NCBI GenBank assembly: GCA_963845755.1
Contig: CAWJTV010000039.1
Coordinates: forward strand, 32,001 to 96,000
Reading direction: 5' to 3'
Length of the DNA: 64,000 nucleotides
Source of the DNA: an uncultured Planctomycetota bacterium
GTDB taxonomy: Bacteria > Planctomycetota > Planctomycetia > Isosphaerales > Isosphaeraceae
A program made the position numbers and the translations under genes. Positions within the stretch are counted from its first letter, which is position 1. Every line of letters begins with the position of its first letter. Below the pieces are notes generated by a model, which saw only the letters and a list, made by a program, of their open reading frames with translations, did no database searches and had not been told where the DNA came from. Shown here piece after piece: positions 1-12,712 of the stretch.

Positions 1-2432
1 CTCGGGCGCAGGCTGGAGGGGGAGGGGGTGGCCTGCCGCATGCTCCACGTATCGCACGCCTTCCACTCGCCGATGATGGACCCGATACTGGAGGCGTTCC
101 GCGAGTACGTGAGCCGGATCGAGTTGCACGCGCCGCGGATCCCCTTCGTCTCCAACCTCACGGGCCGATGGATCACCGACCGGGAGGCTACCGACCCCGC
201 GTACTGGGCCCGCCACCTCCGGCGCACGGTCCGGTTTGCCGATGGCCTGGCGGAGCTCGTGGGCGAGGTCGCACCCATGCTCCTCGAGGTCGGGCCGGGC
301 GATGTTCTGAGCACGTTCGCGCGTCAGTGCGGCGAGACCGACGTCTTTACGTCCCTACCCCATCCGCGGTCGGCGGAGCCCGACTCCGAGCACGCGCTCG
401 CGACGCTGGGCCGGCTCTGGATCGCCGGCGCGGCGGTGGACTGGGCCGGGTTCCACGAGCACGAGCGGCTGTGCCGAGTGCCCCTGCCGACTTATCCGTT
501 TGAACGTCGCCCCTATGTCGTGCAGCCAAGCGGGAAGCCCGTGTCACGGGGCGACATCGGAGGGCTGCCTCCGAAGAAGACGGACCTGGCGGACTGGTTC
601 TATGTCCCGACGTGGAGACGAACCCCAGCGCCGTCGAACATTGCATCCCGGTCGCCAGCCGGCAGAGGGCCGCTGGCTGGTGTTCGCCAACGACACGGCG
701 CTCAGCGGGTCGATCGTCGGCGCTCTGGCGGCGGCGGGCCGGCCCGTGGCGACCGTGCTCGAGCGACCGAGCCGCTCGCGCCGCGGGACCTCCTACGGAA
801 TCCGGCCGGGGGAGAGTGAGGACTACGAGTGGCTGCTTAGCGAACTCTCGGGGCAAGGCCTGGACCCCGACCATATCGTTCACCTGTGGAGCGTCACGGA
901 GGGCCGCGAGCCGGCTCAGCCCGATGAGACCGGTTTCTTCAGCCTGATCGGCCTCGCGCGGGCCTGCGCCGACCTCCCGGACGAGAAGCGGCGAGACGTG
1001 CTCGTGGTCTCCGACGGTCTGCACTCCGTTCACGGAGGCGAGATTTTCTTTCCGGAGAAGGCCACGCTGCTCGGCCCGGTCAAGGTGATCCCGCAGGAGA
1101 TCACGTCGCTGCTCATGCGGGCCGTCAACGTCGAGGGCGTCTCGACGGGGCTCGAGCGAGAGCGCCTCGCGCGTGAATTGCTGCTCGAGATGGCGGTGGC
1201 CCGCGAGACCTCCCTGGCAGCCTATCGGCGAGGGCAGCGGTGGGAGCAGAGGTACGAGCCGCAGAGGCTAGACGAGCCGGACGGCGTGAGGTTGCGGCGG
1301 AGGGGGGCCTACCTGATCACCGGCGGGCTGGGGGGAATCGGGTTGGTACTCGCGCGGTGGCTGCGCGGGAGTGTCAGGCGAGGCTGGTGTTGACCACGCG
1401 GGGCTCCTTCCCGGCGCGCGACGACTGGCAGGAGTGGCTGGACCGGCACCCCGACGCTGAAGCCAATTCCCGCAGGATCCGCGCCTTGCTCGAGATCGAG
1501 GCCGCCGGTGCGGAGATCCTGATCGGGGTCGCGGACGCCGCCGACGAGCGGGCCATGGCGGCCGCCATCGAAGGGGCCTGGATGCGGTGGGGCAGGATCG
1601 ATGGCGTCATCCATGCGGCGGGCCTGCCCGGCGGCGGGCTGGTCCAACTGAAGACCCGGGAGGCTGCCGCGGCGGTCCTCGCCCCCAAGGTCAAGGGGAC
1701 CCGGGTCCTGGAAGACCTGCTCCGGGAGAACCCGCCGGATTTCCTGGTCCTTTGCTCGTCGATCAACGCGATCGGTGGCGGATCGGGTGCGGTCAACTAC
1801 TCGCCGCCAACCTGTTCCTGGACACCTTCGCGGCCTCGCCGCACGCGCTGGCCGGGACGCACGTGGTGGCGATCGGATGGGATGCCTGGCAGGAGTCGGG
1901 CATGGCCGCCAGCCGGGTCGTCCCGGCACACATGCGCGCGGCCCAGGCGCTGTTCCTCGAGCAGAAGATCCGGGACGACGAGGGGATCGCGGCGCTGCGG
2001 CGGGTCTTGGGCACGCGGCTCGAGCGGGTGGCGGTCATCCCGCAAGACCTCGCGATGCTGTTGCAGCTCCTGGCTGAACGGGAGCGGGCCGACGCGGGGG
2101 AGGCAACGGAAGAGGGCGCCGCGATGACGTCCCCGCCCCGGCCGGCGGCCGGGGTTCGAGGGAGGATCCTCGAGATCTGGCGGGAACTGCTGGGGATCCG
2201 GGAGATCGGGCCGGATGACAACTTTTTCGAGCTTGGGGGCCACTCGCTGCTGGGGACCAGCATGCTGTCGCGTGTGCGCCGCGAGCTCGGGGTCTCGCTC
2301 CCGCTGCGTGCCCTGTTCGAGGCACCGACGGTGCGAACCTTGGCCGAACGGGTCGAGACGCTGGTCTGGGCGGTCGCGGGCGTCCCCGCGCGGGATGGAG
2401 CCGAGGCCGACCGCGAGGAAATTGAAATATGA
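1..2432 (+). CDS. Type I PKS, C-terminal part (AT-KR-carrier protein), 5'-truncated, frameshifted
   Basis: ORFs 28-819, 500-1393, 1240-2127 and 1587-2432 stitched. AT HAFHS (malonyl-type), post-AT LPTYPFER, KR YLITGGLGGIG, carrier DDNFFELGGHSL, acidic C-terminus ADREEIEI. Confidence 0.9.
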
Positions 2433-5400
2433 GCTGCGAAGCGATCCTCAGTGAACTACGCACCCGCCGGATCCGGCTCTGGGTGAACGGCGGCCGGCTG
2501 CGGTGCAGCGCGCCGAAAGGGGCGATGACGCCCGAGCTCGAGGACGCGATCGGCCGATACAAGTCGGATCTCCTGGGCCTCCTCAGTGCGGCCGGCACGC
2601 GCGAGCGGGAGGCCGTCGGGCGGGTGCCGCGGATGGCCAGGATGCCGCTCTCGTTCGGTCAGGAACAATTCTGGTTCCTCACCAAATTGTCACCGGGCAG
2701 CGGCTACAACATCGCCGCGTATTGGGAAGTCCCCGGCGAAGTAGACGCTGGGATTCTCGGGCGAGCCGTCGCGGCCGTCGTCGCCCGGCACGAAATCCTC
2801 CGGACGAGGTTCTTCGAGCATGGCGGCATGCCCTCCGCGTCGATCTCTCCCGACGTGCCGACGCCATTCGAGGTGATGGACGTGCCGAATGAGCCCCTGA
2901 CGGTCCTCAAGCAATTGGCGCAACAACCCTTTGATCTCTCGAGCGCACCGCTCATCCGCACGACGCTTATGCGAAGGCCCGGGGCGCCCGCGGTCTTCGG
3001 GCTGGTCGTCCACCACATCGTCTCCGACGGCTGGTCCCTCGGGGTGTTGTTCAAGGAGCTTGCGCTCGCATACGACGCCCTGTCCCGGGGTGCGGTCGTT
3101 CCCTGGCCGGAGCTCCCGGTCCAGTACGCGGACTATGTGGCATGGCAGCGGGAGCAGGTCGAGGCCGCGGGCTTCACCGCTGAGCTCGATTACTGGGAGC
3201 GGAAGCTCAAGGACTGCCCGACGACCCTGCAACTGCCCAGAGCCCGGCCGGCCGCCGGGGTGTGGGCGCGCGCAGCGCGGCCCTCACGTTCCCGCTCGGG
3301 CGTCGGGCGTCCGAAGGCGTCCGAGCACTGTGCGCACCGCGAGGGAGCGACGCCCTACATGGTCCTCGCGAGCATCTATGGCGCCCTGCTGTTCCGCTAT
3401 ACCGGGCAGGCGTCGATCCTGATCGGCGTCCCGGTGGCCAATCGGGTCCGTCCCGAGTTCGAGGACCTAATCGGGCTGTTCATGAACGCCCTAGTGCTCC
3501 GCGCGGATCCGGATCGCGATCAGACGGCCCGGTCGCTGGTACGTCAGGTGCGAGAGTCGATCCTGGAGCTGCATGCGCACTCGGAGGTCCCCTTCGAGAA
3601 GATCGTGGAGAGGGTCAGGCCGCAGCGCACCACCTCCTCCAATCCGCTGTTCCAAGTCGCGCTGGTGCTGCAGAACACGCCGCACAGCGACGAGTATCGC
3701 ACGGTAACGGGCGGTTCAGTGTCAGACCTGACGCTCTACGCGTGGGAGAGACCGGGCGGGGACATCGAGTGTACGTTGGAATATCGGACGGACATGTTCA
3801 GCCCCGCGACCGTCGAGCGGATCTCCGGTCACCTCGCGAACCTGGCCGCGGACTTCGCGTGCGATCCTGATCGCCCCATCGGCTGCCTAGAATTGCTCGG
3901 CGATGCGGAGCATGATGAACTGCTCGCCCTAGCTGAGAGGCCGCGGGAGGAATACCCCTCCGATCGCTGCCTCCACGAGCTGATCCGGCAGAAATGTCGC
4001 CGCACCCCGAACCGGATCGCGGTGGCCTGCGGCCAGGAGCTGACCTTCGGCGAGCTCGACGAGGCGTCCGATCGCCTGGCCGCCAGGCTCGAGCAACTCG
4101 GCGTGCGCCCGGGGGTCAGTGTGGGCATCGGCCTGGAGCGTTCGGTGCGGATCCCGGTGGCGCTCCTGGGCGTCCTGAAGGCCGGCGGCGCCTATGTGCC
4201 GCTCGACCCCCGCTTCCCCCGCCAACGCCTGGCCGACATCCTGGAGGACTCGGGGGCGGCGGTGCTGATCACCGAGAGGTCGCTGGCCGGCCGGATCCCC
4301 GCCGCAGGCGCCGTCCCGCTCTGGATGGATGAGGAACTGCCGCCGGGCCGCCCCACGAATGCGGCATCCCCCGACGACCTCGCGTATATCATCTACACTT
4401 CAGGTTCGACGGGGAGGCCGAAGGGGGTCGAGGTTCCGCACCGGGCCCTGGTGAACTTCCTTCATTCCATGCGCCGCGAACCGGGGATGCAGGCGGGCGA
4501 TCGGCTCCTGGCGGTCACGACGCTCTGCTTCGACATCGCCGCTCTGGAGATCTACCTGCCGCTCCTGGTCGGCGCCGCCTGGAGATCGCTCCGCGCGGCG
4601 CCGAGGTCGACGGGAACGCGCTGCGCCGGCTCATCGACGAGTCGGAGGCCACCGTCCTGCAGGCGACCCCCGCGACGTGGCGCCTGCTCGTCGAATCGGG
4701 CTGGGACGGCCGGGCCGGGCTGAAGATCCTGTGCGGAGGCGAAGCCCTGTCGCGCGACATGGCCGATCAACTGCTCGAGCGGGGGGCGGAGGTCTGGAAC
4801 CTGTACGGCCCGACGGAGACGACCGTCTGGTCCTCTGCGGCGAGGGTGAAGGCCGGGTCGCGCGCCGTGCCGCTCGGGGCGCCGGTGGCGAACACGTCGC
4901 TGTACGTGATCGACCCGCGCGGGCAGTTGCTCCCCAAAGGCGTGGCGGGTGAGTTGTACATCGGCGGGGATGGGCTGGCGCAGGCTATCGCAACCGGCCC
5001 GATCTGACGCGAGAGAAGTTCGTGGCCCACCCCTTCCGCCCCGGCGAGCGCCTCTACCGGACGGGGGACCTGGCGTGCTATGGCGAGGACGGGGAACTGG
5101 AGTTCCTCGGCCGGGCCGACCACCAGATCAACATCCGCGGATTCCGGATCGAGCCCGGCGAAATCGAGCAGCTCCTCGAGCGGCAGCCCGGTGTGCGGCA
5201 GGCAGTGGTCGTGGCCCATCGCGATGGCGCCGACGATCGGCTGGTGGCCTATGTGGCCGCGCAGGCCCGGGCACCGGCCGCAGCCAGGGGACCTGAGGGA
5301 CGCCGTGGACCGCACGCTTCCCAGCTACATGATGCCGGCGTCGTTCATGTTCCTGGACGACATGCCGCTGACCCCCAACGGGAAGCTGGACCGCGGCGCC

Positions 5401-6501
5401 TTGCCTGAGCCCGAGTTCCGCGCCGGGCCGTCGGCGGGCCGGGTCCGGCCGCGGACGGCGGTCGAGGCGGAGCTCCTGCAGATCTGGGAGGAGTCGCTGG
5501 GCGTCCGCGACATCGGCCTGACCGACAACTTCTTCGACCTCGGTGGCACGTCGCTGCTGGCGGCGAGCATGTTCAGCCTGGTCGAGAAGCGGTTCGGGCC
5601 GACGCCGATCTCGGTGCTGTTCGAGTCGCCCACCGTGGAACAGATGGCGCGGCGCATCGAGAGCTCGGCCCCCTGGTCGGGCTGGCGGTGCCTGGTCGCC
5701 GTCCAGTCCACCGGCGGTCGCCCGCCGCTGTTCGTCGTCCCCTTAGTCAACGGCAACGCCCTGAGCCTCGTCGGGCTGGCGCGGGCGATGGGGCCGGACC
5801 AGCCCATCTATGGCCTGCAGTCGCTGGGGCTAGACGGCGTGCAGGCGCCCCTGGGCCGCATCGAGGATATCGCGGCGTACTTTCTGGACGAGGTCCGAAC
5901 GCTCCAGCCGTCGGGCCCGTACCACTTGGCGGGGTTCTGCGTCGGTGGGGTGGTAGCCTACGAGATGGCGCGCCAACTTCACGCGCTGGGCTCAGAGACG
6001 GCCCTGCTGGCCCTGCTCGATAGCTGGCCGCCACATCATAGCAAGTCGGAGGATCGGCTGCTCCCCTACGAGACGCCGCTGCTCTGGGCACTCCGCTCCG
6101 CTATGCACAAGATGGTCTCGCTAGAAGTGTGGCGGTGGCCGGCATTCCTGCTTCGCAAGGTCCCTCGCCTGGCGAGGCGGATCCTCGGGGCCCGGGATGA
6201 ATATGACAGCTTGAGTTTCGCGCGCATGCGGGTCGTAACGGCCAATTTGAATGCCCTCGAACGATACCGGCACGAGCCCTACGACGGTCGCATCCTGTTC
6301 GTCGCGGCATCGGAGCACCCCCTGGAGGGTACGGCCGACCCTCGCCTGGTGTGGCTAAAGTCCGCGCACGGTGGCTGCGAACTGCGATACGTCCCGGCGC
6401 AGAACGCCGGCCAGCTCGTCCGATCGCCTTATGTCGAACGCGTGGCGGATCACGTGAACGAAGCCCTGGCCCTTTTGCAGACGGCGTCGTCGTGCCCATG
6501 A
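2429..6501 (+). CDS. NRPS termination module: TubC-type N-terminal docking domain-C-A(Gly predicted)-PCP-TE, frameshifted
   Basis: N-terminus [32 protein letters not shown] (beta-hairpin docking type). C domain [10 protein letters not shown] domain [44 protein letters not shown]. Hand-read pocket DILQLGLVWK matches the Gly code. [20 protein letters not shown]. Confidence 0.92.
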
Positions 6502-6794
6502 AACTGATCATTGCACAGTACCCGAGGTCGGGGGGGCGGCTGCTGCAACTGGCGGCCCTGGGCGCGCTCGGCGGGCTGGCGTCCGCGGGACTGCTGGGGG
6601 TCATCAGCGCCGTGCTGAAGCGGCATTCTTCGGCAGCCGGTGACGACCGTTACTTCAACCGGGCTGACCGGCTCATCAAGCTCGATTGCGGCCGGATCGC
6701 CGGGTCGGTCGAGCCGCTCGAGGAGCCGGTCAGCCCGATTACGAGCCAGCCCCTCGCGCGGGGCGTTCATTGTTGGACCGGAGCCCGATCGTGA
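6498..6794 (+). pseudogene. Internally deleted cyclic-peptide ABC exporter (SyrD/PvdE/YojI-like) remnant
   Basis: 98 codons. A first-TM-like N-terminus (MKLII...LAALGALGGLASAGLLGVIS) is joined directly to the family's NBD tail DDRYFNRADRLIKLDCGRI; Walker A/B and the other TMs are absent. Confidence 0.75.
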
Positions 6795-7575
6795 GCACGG
6801 ATTATCTCATCCGCCCAAGCCCCATTCCGACGGCCGCAGTGCGCCTCTTCTGCCTGCCCCATGCGGGGGCCGGCGCCTCGGCGTATCGCGGTTGGGCCCA
6901 GGACCTGGGCCGGGATATGGATGTCTGTTACGTCCAGTTGCCCGGGCGTGAGAATCGATTCCGCGAACCGCCATTCACGTCGCCCGAATCGCTCGTGGAC
7001 GCCGTGGCGACCTCGCTGGCCCCCTGGGTGGACCGCCCTTACATCCTCTACGGCCACAGCTTCGGCGGGATCGTCGCCTTCGAGGTCGCGCGGGAGCTGC
7101 GACGCCGCGGACTCGGGGAGCCGCGGCACTTCTTCGCGTCCGCCAGCCGAGCGCCCACCTGCCGTGGCCCCATCCGCCCATCACGCAACTCGCCGACGCC
7201 GACCTGCTGCGTGAGGTGAACCGCCGCTACGATTCGGTCCCCGCCGCTATCCTCGAGGACGCCGAGATGCGGGATCTCCTCGTGCCGGCCCTCCGGGCGG
7301 ACCTGCGGATCCTCGAGACGTACCGCCACGCGCCGGGACGACCGCTCACGTGCGGCATCACGGTCGTCGGGGGACGCCAGGATCGTATGATCGCACGGGC
7401 CGAACTCGACGGCTGGAACGAGCACACGGCCGGCGCTTTTCAGCTCCACCTGATCGAAGGCGGCCACATGATGCTCCAGACCGCGCAGGCAACTCCTGGA
7501 CGTCATCGCCGGCACGCTCGAGGCGGGCACGAATCGGCGGCCCGGGCGGCCGGCAGGAGGATGATCAATGCCTGA
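6791..7575 (+). CDS. Type II (editing) thioesterase, frameshifted
   Basis: RLFCLPHAGAGAS, QLPGRENR, GHSFGG nucleophile, LRADLRILETY, GGHM. GTG start overlaps the upstream TGA. Confidence 0.9.
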
Positions 7576-10500
7576 GTGTCCGCGGGCTCGCGCGGTGCCG
7601 GACCGCGAGCCGGTCGCCATCATAGGCATGGGGTGTCGGTTCCCGGGCGCGAGCGGGCCGGAGGCGTTCTGGCAGGTGCTCCGCGACGCGCGGGACACCG
7701 TCGGCGAGTACCTGCCGGGGCGCTTCCCATTCATCGACTCGGTCTACGCGGGCACGAGCCCGGCCGGCCGGGTGGCGACCCGGGCCGGCGGGTTCCTGCC
7801 CGGACTCGACGGGTTTGACGCCGAGTTCTTCGGGATCTCGCCGCGCGAGGCGGCGTTCCTCGACCCCCAACTTCGCCTCCTGTTCGAGGTGAGTTGGGAG
7901 GCGCTGGAGGACGCCGGCCTTCCGCGCGAACAGCTCGCGGGGAGCGCCACCGGGGTCTTCATGGCGCTCTGGAACAGCGACTATGAGCTGGCCCTCCGCG
8001 ACGGGCCGCCGGAGCTCGATTTCCATTCCACGCTGGGAACCGGCCGCTACTCGGCCTCGGGCCGGCTGTCGTACTTCCTAGACCTCCGGGGCCCCAGCAT
8101 GACGTTGGATACCGCCTGCTCGTCGTCCCTGGTCGCGATCCACCTGGCTTGCCGGAGCCTCTGGTCGGGCGAATGCGAGATGGCGCTGGCCGGTGGCGCC
8201 AACGCGATCCTCCGGCCCGAGATCAGCCTGATCTATTCGCGAGCGGGCATGCTCTCGCCCGACGGGCTCTCGAAGTTCGGCGATGCCTCGGCCAACGGGT
8301 ACGTCCGCAGTGAGGGCGCCGGAGTGCTGGTGCTGAAGCCGCTCTCGAAGGCCCTGGCCGCGTGCGACAGAATCGAGGCGCTGATCCGGGGCGGCGCGGT
8401 GAACAACGACGGCCAGAGCAGCGGGCTGCTGGTCTCGCCGAGCCGCGAGGCGCAATCCGACCTGCTGCGCCTCGCGCTGGCCGACGCAGGCATCGGCCCC
8501 GGGTCGGTGGATTACATCGAGGCGCACGGCACGGGGACGCCGGTCGGCGACCCCGTGGAACTCGAGGCGATCGGCCGCGTGATGGCTGAGACCCGCGGCC
8601 GCCACTCGCCTTGCCGGGTCGGATCCGTCAAGACCAATATCGGCCACGTCGAATCGGCAGCCGGTGTTGCCGGCGTCATGAAGGCGGCCATGTCACTGCG
8701 CCACGGGGTGATCCCGGCGAACTTGCACTTCCACACGCCGAACCCGCGCGTGCCCTGGGAGGAGTTGCCCATCGAGATCCCGGTCGAGCCCGTGACCTGG
8801 CCCGACTGTGGCGCCCGCGCTTCGCCGGCGTGAACGGTCTGGGGATCACCGGGACGAACGCCCACGTCGTCCTCGAAAGCGGCCCGCCCGAGCCCGGCGA
8901 GAAGCGTCCCGAGTCGGGCGACGACCGGGCACATGTCCTCTGTCTTTCGGGGCACACCGAGGCGGCGCTGCGGGCGCAGGCGGATGGATGGGCCGGACAC
9001 CTGACATCGACGGATGCATCGATCGAGGACGTTTGCTATACGGCGGCGCAGGCGGAGGAGTCATCTGGAGCACCGGCTCGCGGTCGTCGCCGGCGGCGCG
9101 CGGGGTCTGCACGGGCAACTGGCGGCGTGGCGAGTCGGCGAGCCGGCGAGTGGCGTCTTCGCGGGGCAGGTACGCCCGGTCGCGGCCTGGAAAACGGCAT
9201 TCGTCTTCCCCGGCGCGGGAGGGCAGTGGCCCGGCATGGGCCGCCGGCTCTTCGAGGCCGAGCCGGTGTTCCGTCAGGCCATGGAGGCCTGCGCGGCGGC
9301 CGTGAAACGGAACGGCGGTCCCGACATCCTCGCCGAGATCGACCGCCCTGCGGAGACCTCGCGCCTCGGGGCGATCGACATCCTGCAGCCGCCCCTCTGG
9401 GCCGTGCAGGTGGCGCTCGCCGCGTTGTGGTCGTCCTGGGGCGTCCGGCCAGATGCCGTGATCGGGCACAGCCTGGGTGAGGTGGCCGCGGCGGTGGTGG
9501 CGGGGGCGCTCTCCATCGACGACGGCGCGGCCGTCATCTGTCATCGTAGCCGGCTGATGGGGCGCGTATCGGGACGTGGCCTGATGGCAGTGGCGGGCCT
9601 CGCGACCGAGGAAGTCGCGGACTGGATCGCTCCTTACCGCGGTCGGGTGTCGCTGGCCGGGCTGAACGGCCCGCGATCCGCGATCTTCTCGGGCGATCCC
9701 GACGCGATCGAGGACGTACTGGCCAGACTGACCGGAAAGGACATCTTCAGCCGCCGGATCAACGTCAACATCGCATCTCACTCAGCCCAGATGGACGCGA
9801 TCCGCCCGGAGTTCGAGTCCTGCCTGGGGTGGATCCAGCCCGGTTGCCCCCGGATCCCGTTCTACTCGACGGTGACCGCCCACGTCGTGGACTCCCCCCA
9901 CTCGACGCCGAATACTGGGGCCGCAACCTCCGCCAGCCCGTCCTGTTCTGGCCGGCCCTCCAGCGGCTGTTGGCCGACGGGTATAACGCCTTCATCGAGA
10001 TCGGCCCACACCCGGTGCTGCTGCACTCGCTCGAGGAGGCGGTGCGGAGGCGTGACGCCGTCGCCGCGGCGTCGAACTCGTCGGGACGACGATGAGACCG
10101 TCGCCATGCGACGCGGCCTAGCGACGCTCCACGTGGCCGGCTTCCCGGTCGACTTCCGGCACTTCTATCCTCGCGGGCGCATGGTAAGGCTGCCGCTGTA
10201 CGCCTGGCAGCGCGACCGCCACTGGATCGACGTCGGTGAACGTGGGTCCGAGACCGACGGGGGTCGGGTGCTCGGCCCTCCGATCGAGGCTTCGGTCGCC
10301 CCCGGCACCTGGCTCTGGTCCGTTCGCAGGCCCGGGACGGATCCGACGTTCGTCGCCGAGGCCCTAGCGGAGGCGGCGCCGGTCTTCGCACCCGGGGCGA
10401 TATCGGTATCGAATATCGAGTTCTCGTCCGAGTTCGAAGGGGACCTTCAACTCGCCGTCACTGAAGGGGGGCAGTTCCAGGTCGCGAAGCGATCCGAGGC

Positions 10501-12712
10501 CGGATGGGAGGTCTGCTGTCGCGGCGATGTTCAACCGATTGCCGCGGTCCGGCCGGTCTTCGGCGTCGCCGCGGCGACGCCGGCAAACGGCGCCCGCATG
10601 GCGGAGGGCGAGCCGTCCGGCGCGGCCTCGAGTGCCGTGCCCGGGCCAGCCCTGCCGCCGCTGACGCCGGGCTCGATCGGCCAGTCTGATCTCGCCTCGC
10701 GGGCTCACCATGGTACCGACCATCGCCGCTCCGCGGACCGCCTGACCGACGCGGGCACGCCCGTGGACCACGGCGTCCTCGCCGCCGCTCGCCAGGAGGC
10801 CGAGGACTTGGCCGGATGCCCATGCCGCCTCTCCGGCATCGGACGACTGGATATCCTGCCGTTCACTCGCTCCTCGAAGGTCGTCCTCGCCGCCGGCCTC
10901 GGCGGGTCGGAAATCGTCATTCGCGGAGAGCTTCGGGACGGCGACGAGACGCTCGCCACCAGCTTCGAAGGCGTGCGCTTCGACCCATCGAGACGGCAAA
11001 TGCGGCGGCCCACCTTTACGCGAGGCGCTGGCGTGACGCCGAGCGAGGCTCCGATCCGACGTCGCCGAAGAGGGTCTTCATCATCTCGGCTGACGCGTCG
11101 AGGCGAGAACTCCTGGCGGCGGAACTCCGACGCGTCGAGGTCGGTATCGCATCCGACGCATCCGGTGCCACGGACGTGGTCTGTCTCTGCTCCCAGCCCA
11201 TCGACCTCGTCCACGCCGCGAAGGCATTCTCGTCGTCGGCCCCCCGATTCTGGGCCGTGACCTCGAGATCCCTGTCAGTGGCCGGCAGCGACGATTTCGA
11301 TGTTACGCAGGCGCCCGCAACCGGATTAGTCAGCGCGCTCCGTCGGGAGCACCCGGAGTTGAATTGCTTTCATATAGATGTGAGCAATATTTCGGATTTT
11401 GATGTATTGGCCCGATTGATCGTGGCAGGGACATCCGAAGAGACAATCGTGTTGCGAGGGGCCGCAACTCGATCTCCCCGGTTCGAACGCCTGGAGGCCG
11501 GAACGAAGGAGGTCGCGTTTCGGGGAGATGCCACATATCTAATTTCGGGCGGCCTGGGCGGTGTCGGCCTCACGGTTGCCCGTTGGCTCGCGCGACGGGG
11601 AGCCGGCCATATCGTGCTCGTGAGCCGGCGCGATGCCTCCGGCCGGGCGATCGAGATCATCGAGGAGCTTCGCGCGGCCGGCGCCGACGTTCGGATCATC
11701 TCGGCGGACGTCGGCGATCCCGAAGCGGTCCGGAGAGTGCTGGCGGCCGCCAGCGACGGCCTGCCGCCTCTTCGTGGCGTCTTCCATGCCGCGGCAGACG
11801 TCGAGGACCGTGCCTTCGACGCGATCGACTACGAAGCGATGCGCCGCGCACTGCACGCCAAGGTCTCCGGCGCTCTCAACCTGCACCACCAGACCGCTGG
11901 TCTGGACTTCTTCGTGCTCTTCTCGTCGATCGCCGCGACCCTGCCTCAGCCCGGGCAAGGGATTTACGCCGCGGCCAACAGCGCGCCTCGATGCCCTGGC
12001 TGCCGAGCGGCGTCGGCTGGGCCTGCCGGCGGTGAGTATCCAGTGGGCAGGGTGGTCGGAGACCGGGCTCTCGAACGCGGCAGGGGCTCGGCGGAATCTG
12101 GAGGGCTTGCTCCAGCATGGTATTCGGCCGCTCACTCCCCAACTCGCCGTCGAGGCGCTCGGCTTGGCGCTGTGTTCCGACACCTCGTGCGTCCTGGCGG
12201 CTCCCGTCGCCTGGGATCGCTTTGCGCGGACCTGGGAGCCATGCCCACGTTCCCTGGCCGCGCTCCTCGGAACGCCGCAGTCCGAGAAGCAGCATGACAA
12301 AGATTCGTTCCGCGGCATCCTCGAAGCCGCTCGACCGGGCGAGAACGTCAACCTGCTGGCACGGCATCTGCGCGAGGAGCTAGGCCGGGTCTTGAAGATC
12401 CCGCCTGGGCGGATCCACGCGCACAAACCCTTCGGGGCCTACGGCCTGGACTCGCTGCTTTCCCTCGAGGTCGCACGCCGACTGGCGCAAACACTCGGAC
12501 TCCGGGTGCCGGTCACCGCGCTGTTCAACTTCCCCACGATCGAGACGCTCGCGGCGGAACTCGGCCGTCGCCTCGGTTTCGAGGTCAACCCGCGAGAGCC
12601 GGTCGTCCCCGTAGCTGCCGGCGCGTTCCCTTCTCCAGGAGCGACCGTGCCGCTGACGGAAGATGAGGCCATCCTAGCCCTGATCGGGGAGATGGAGGGT
12701 GCCCATGAGTAG
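7568..12712 (+). CDS. Type I PKS module KS-AT(methylmalonyl-like)-degenerate DH-KR-ACP, frameshifted
   Basis: KS DTACSSS/HGTGT/NIGH; AT IDILQP, GHSLG, NIASHS; no HxxxGxxxxP in the DH-sized spacer; KR YLISGGLGGVG, YAAAN; ACP YGLDSL. Confidence 0.88.
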
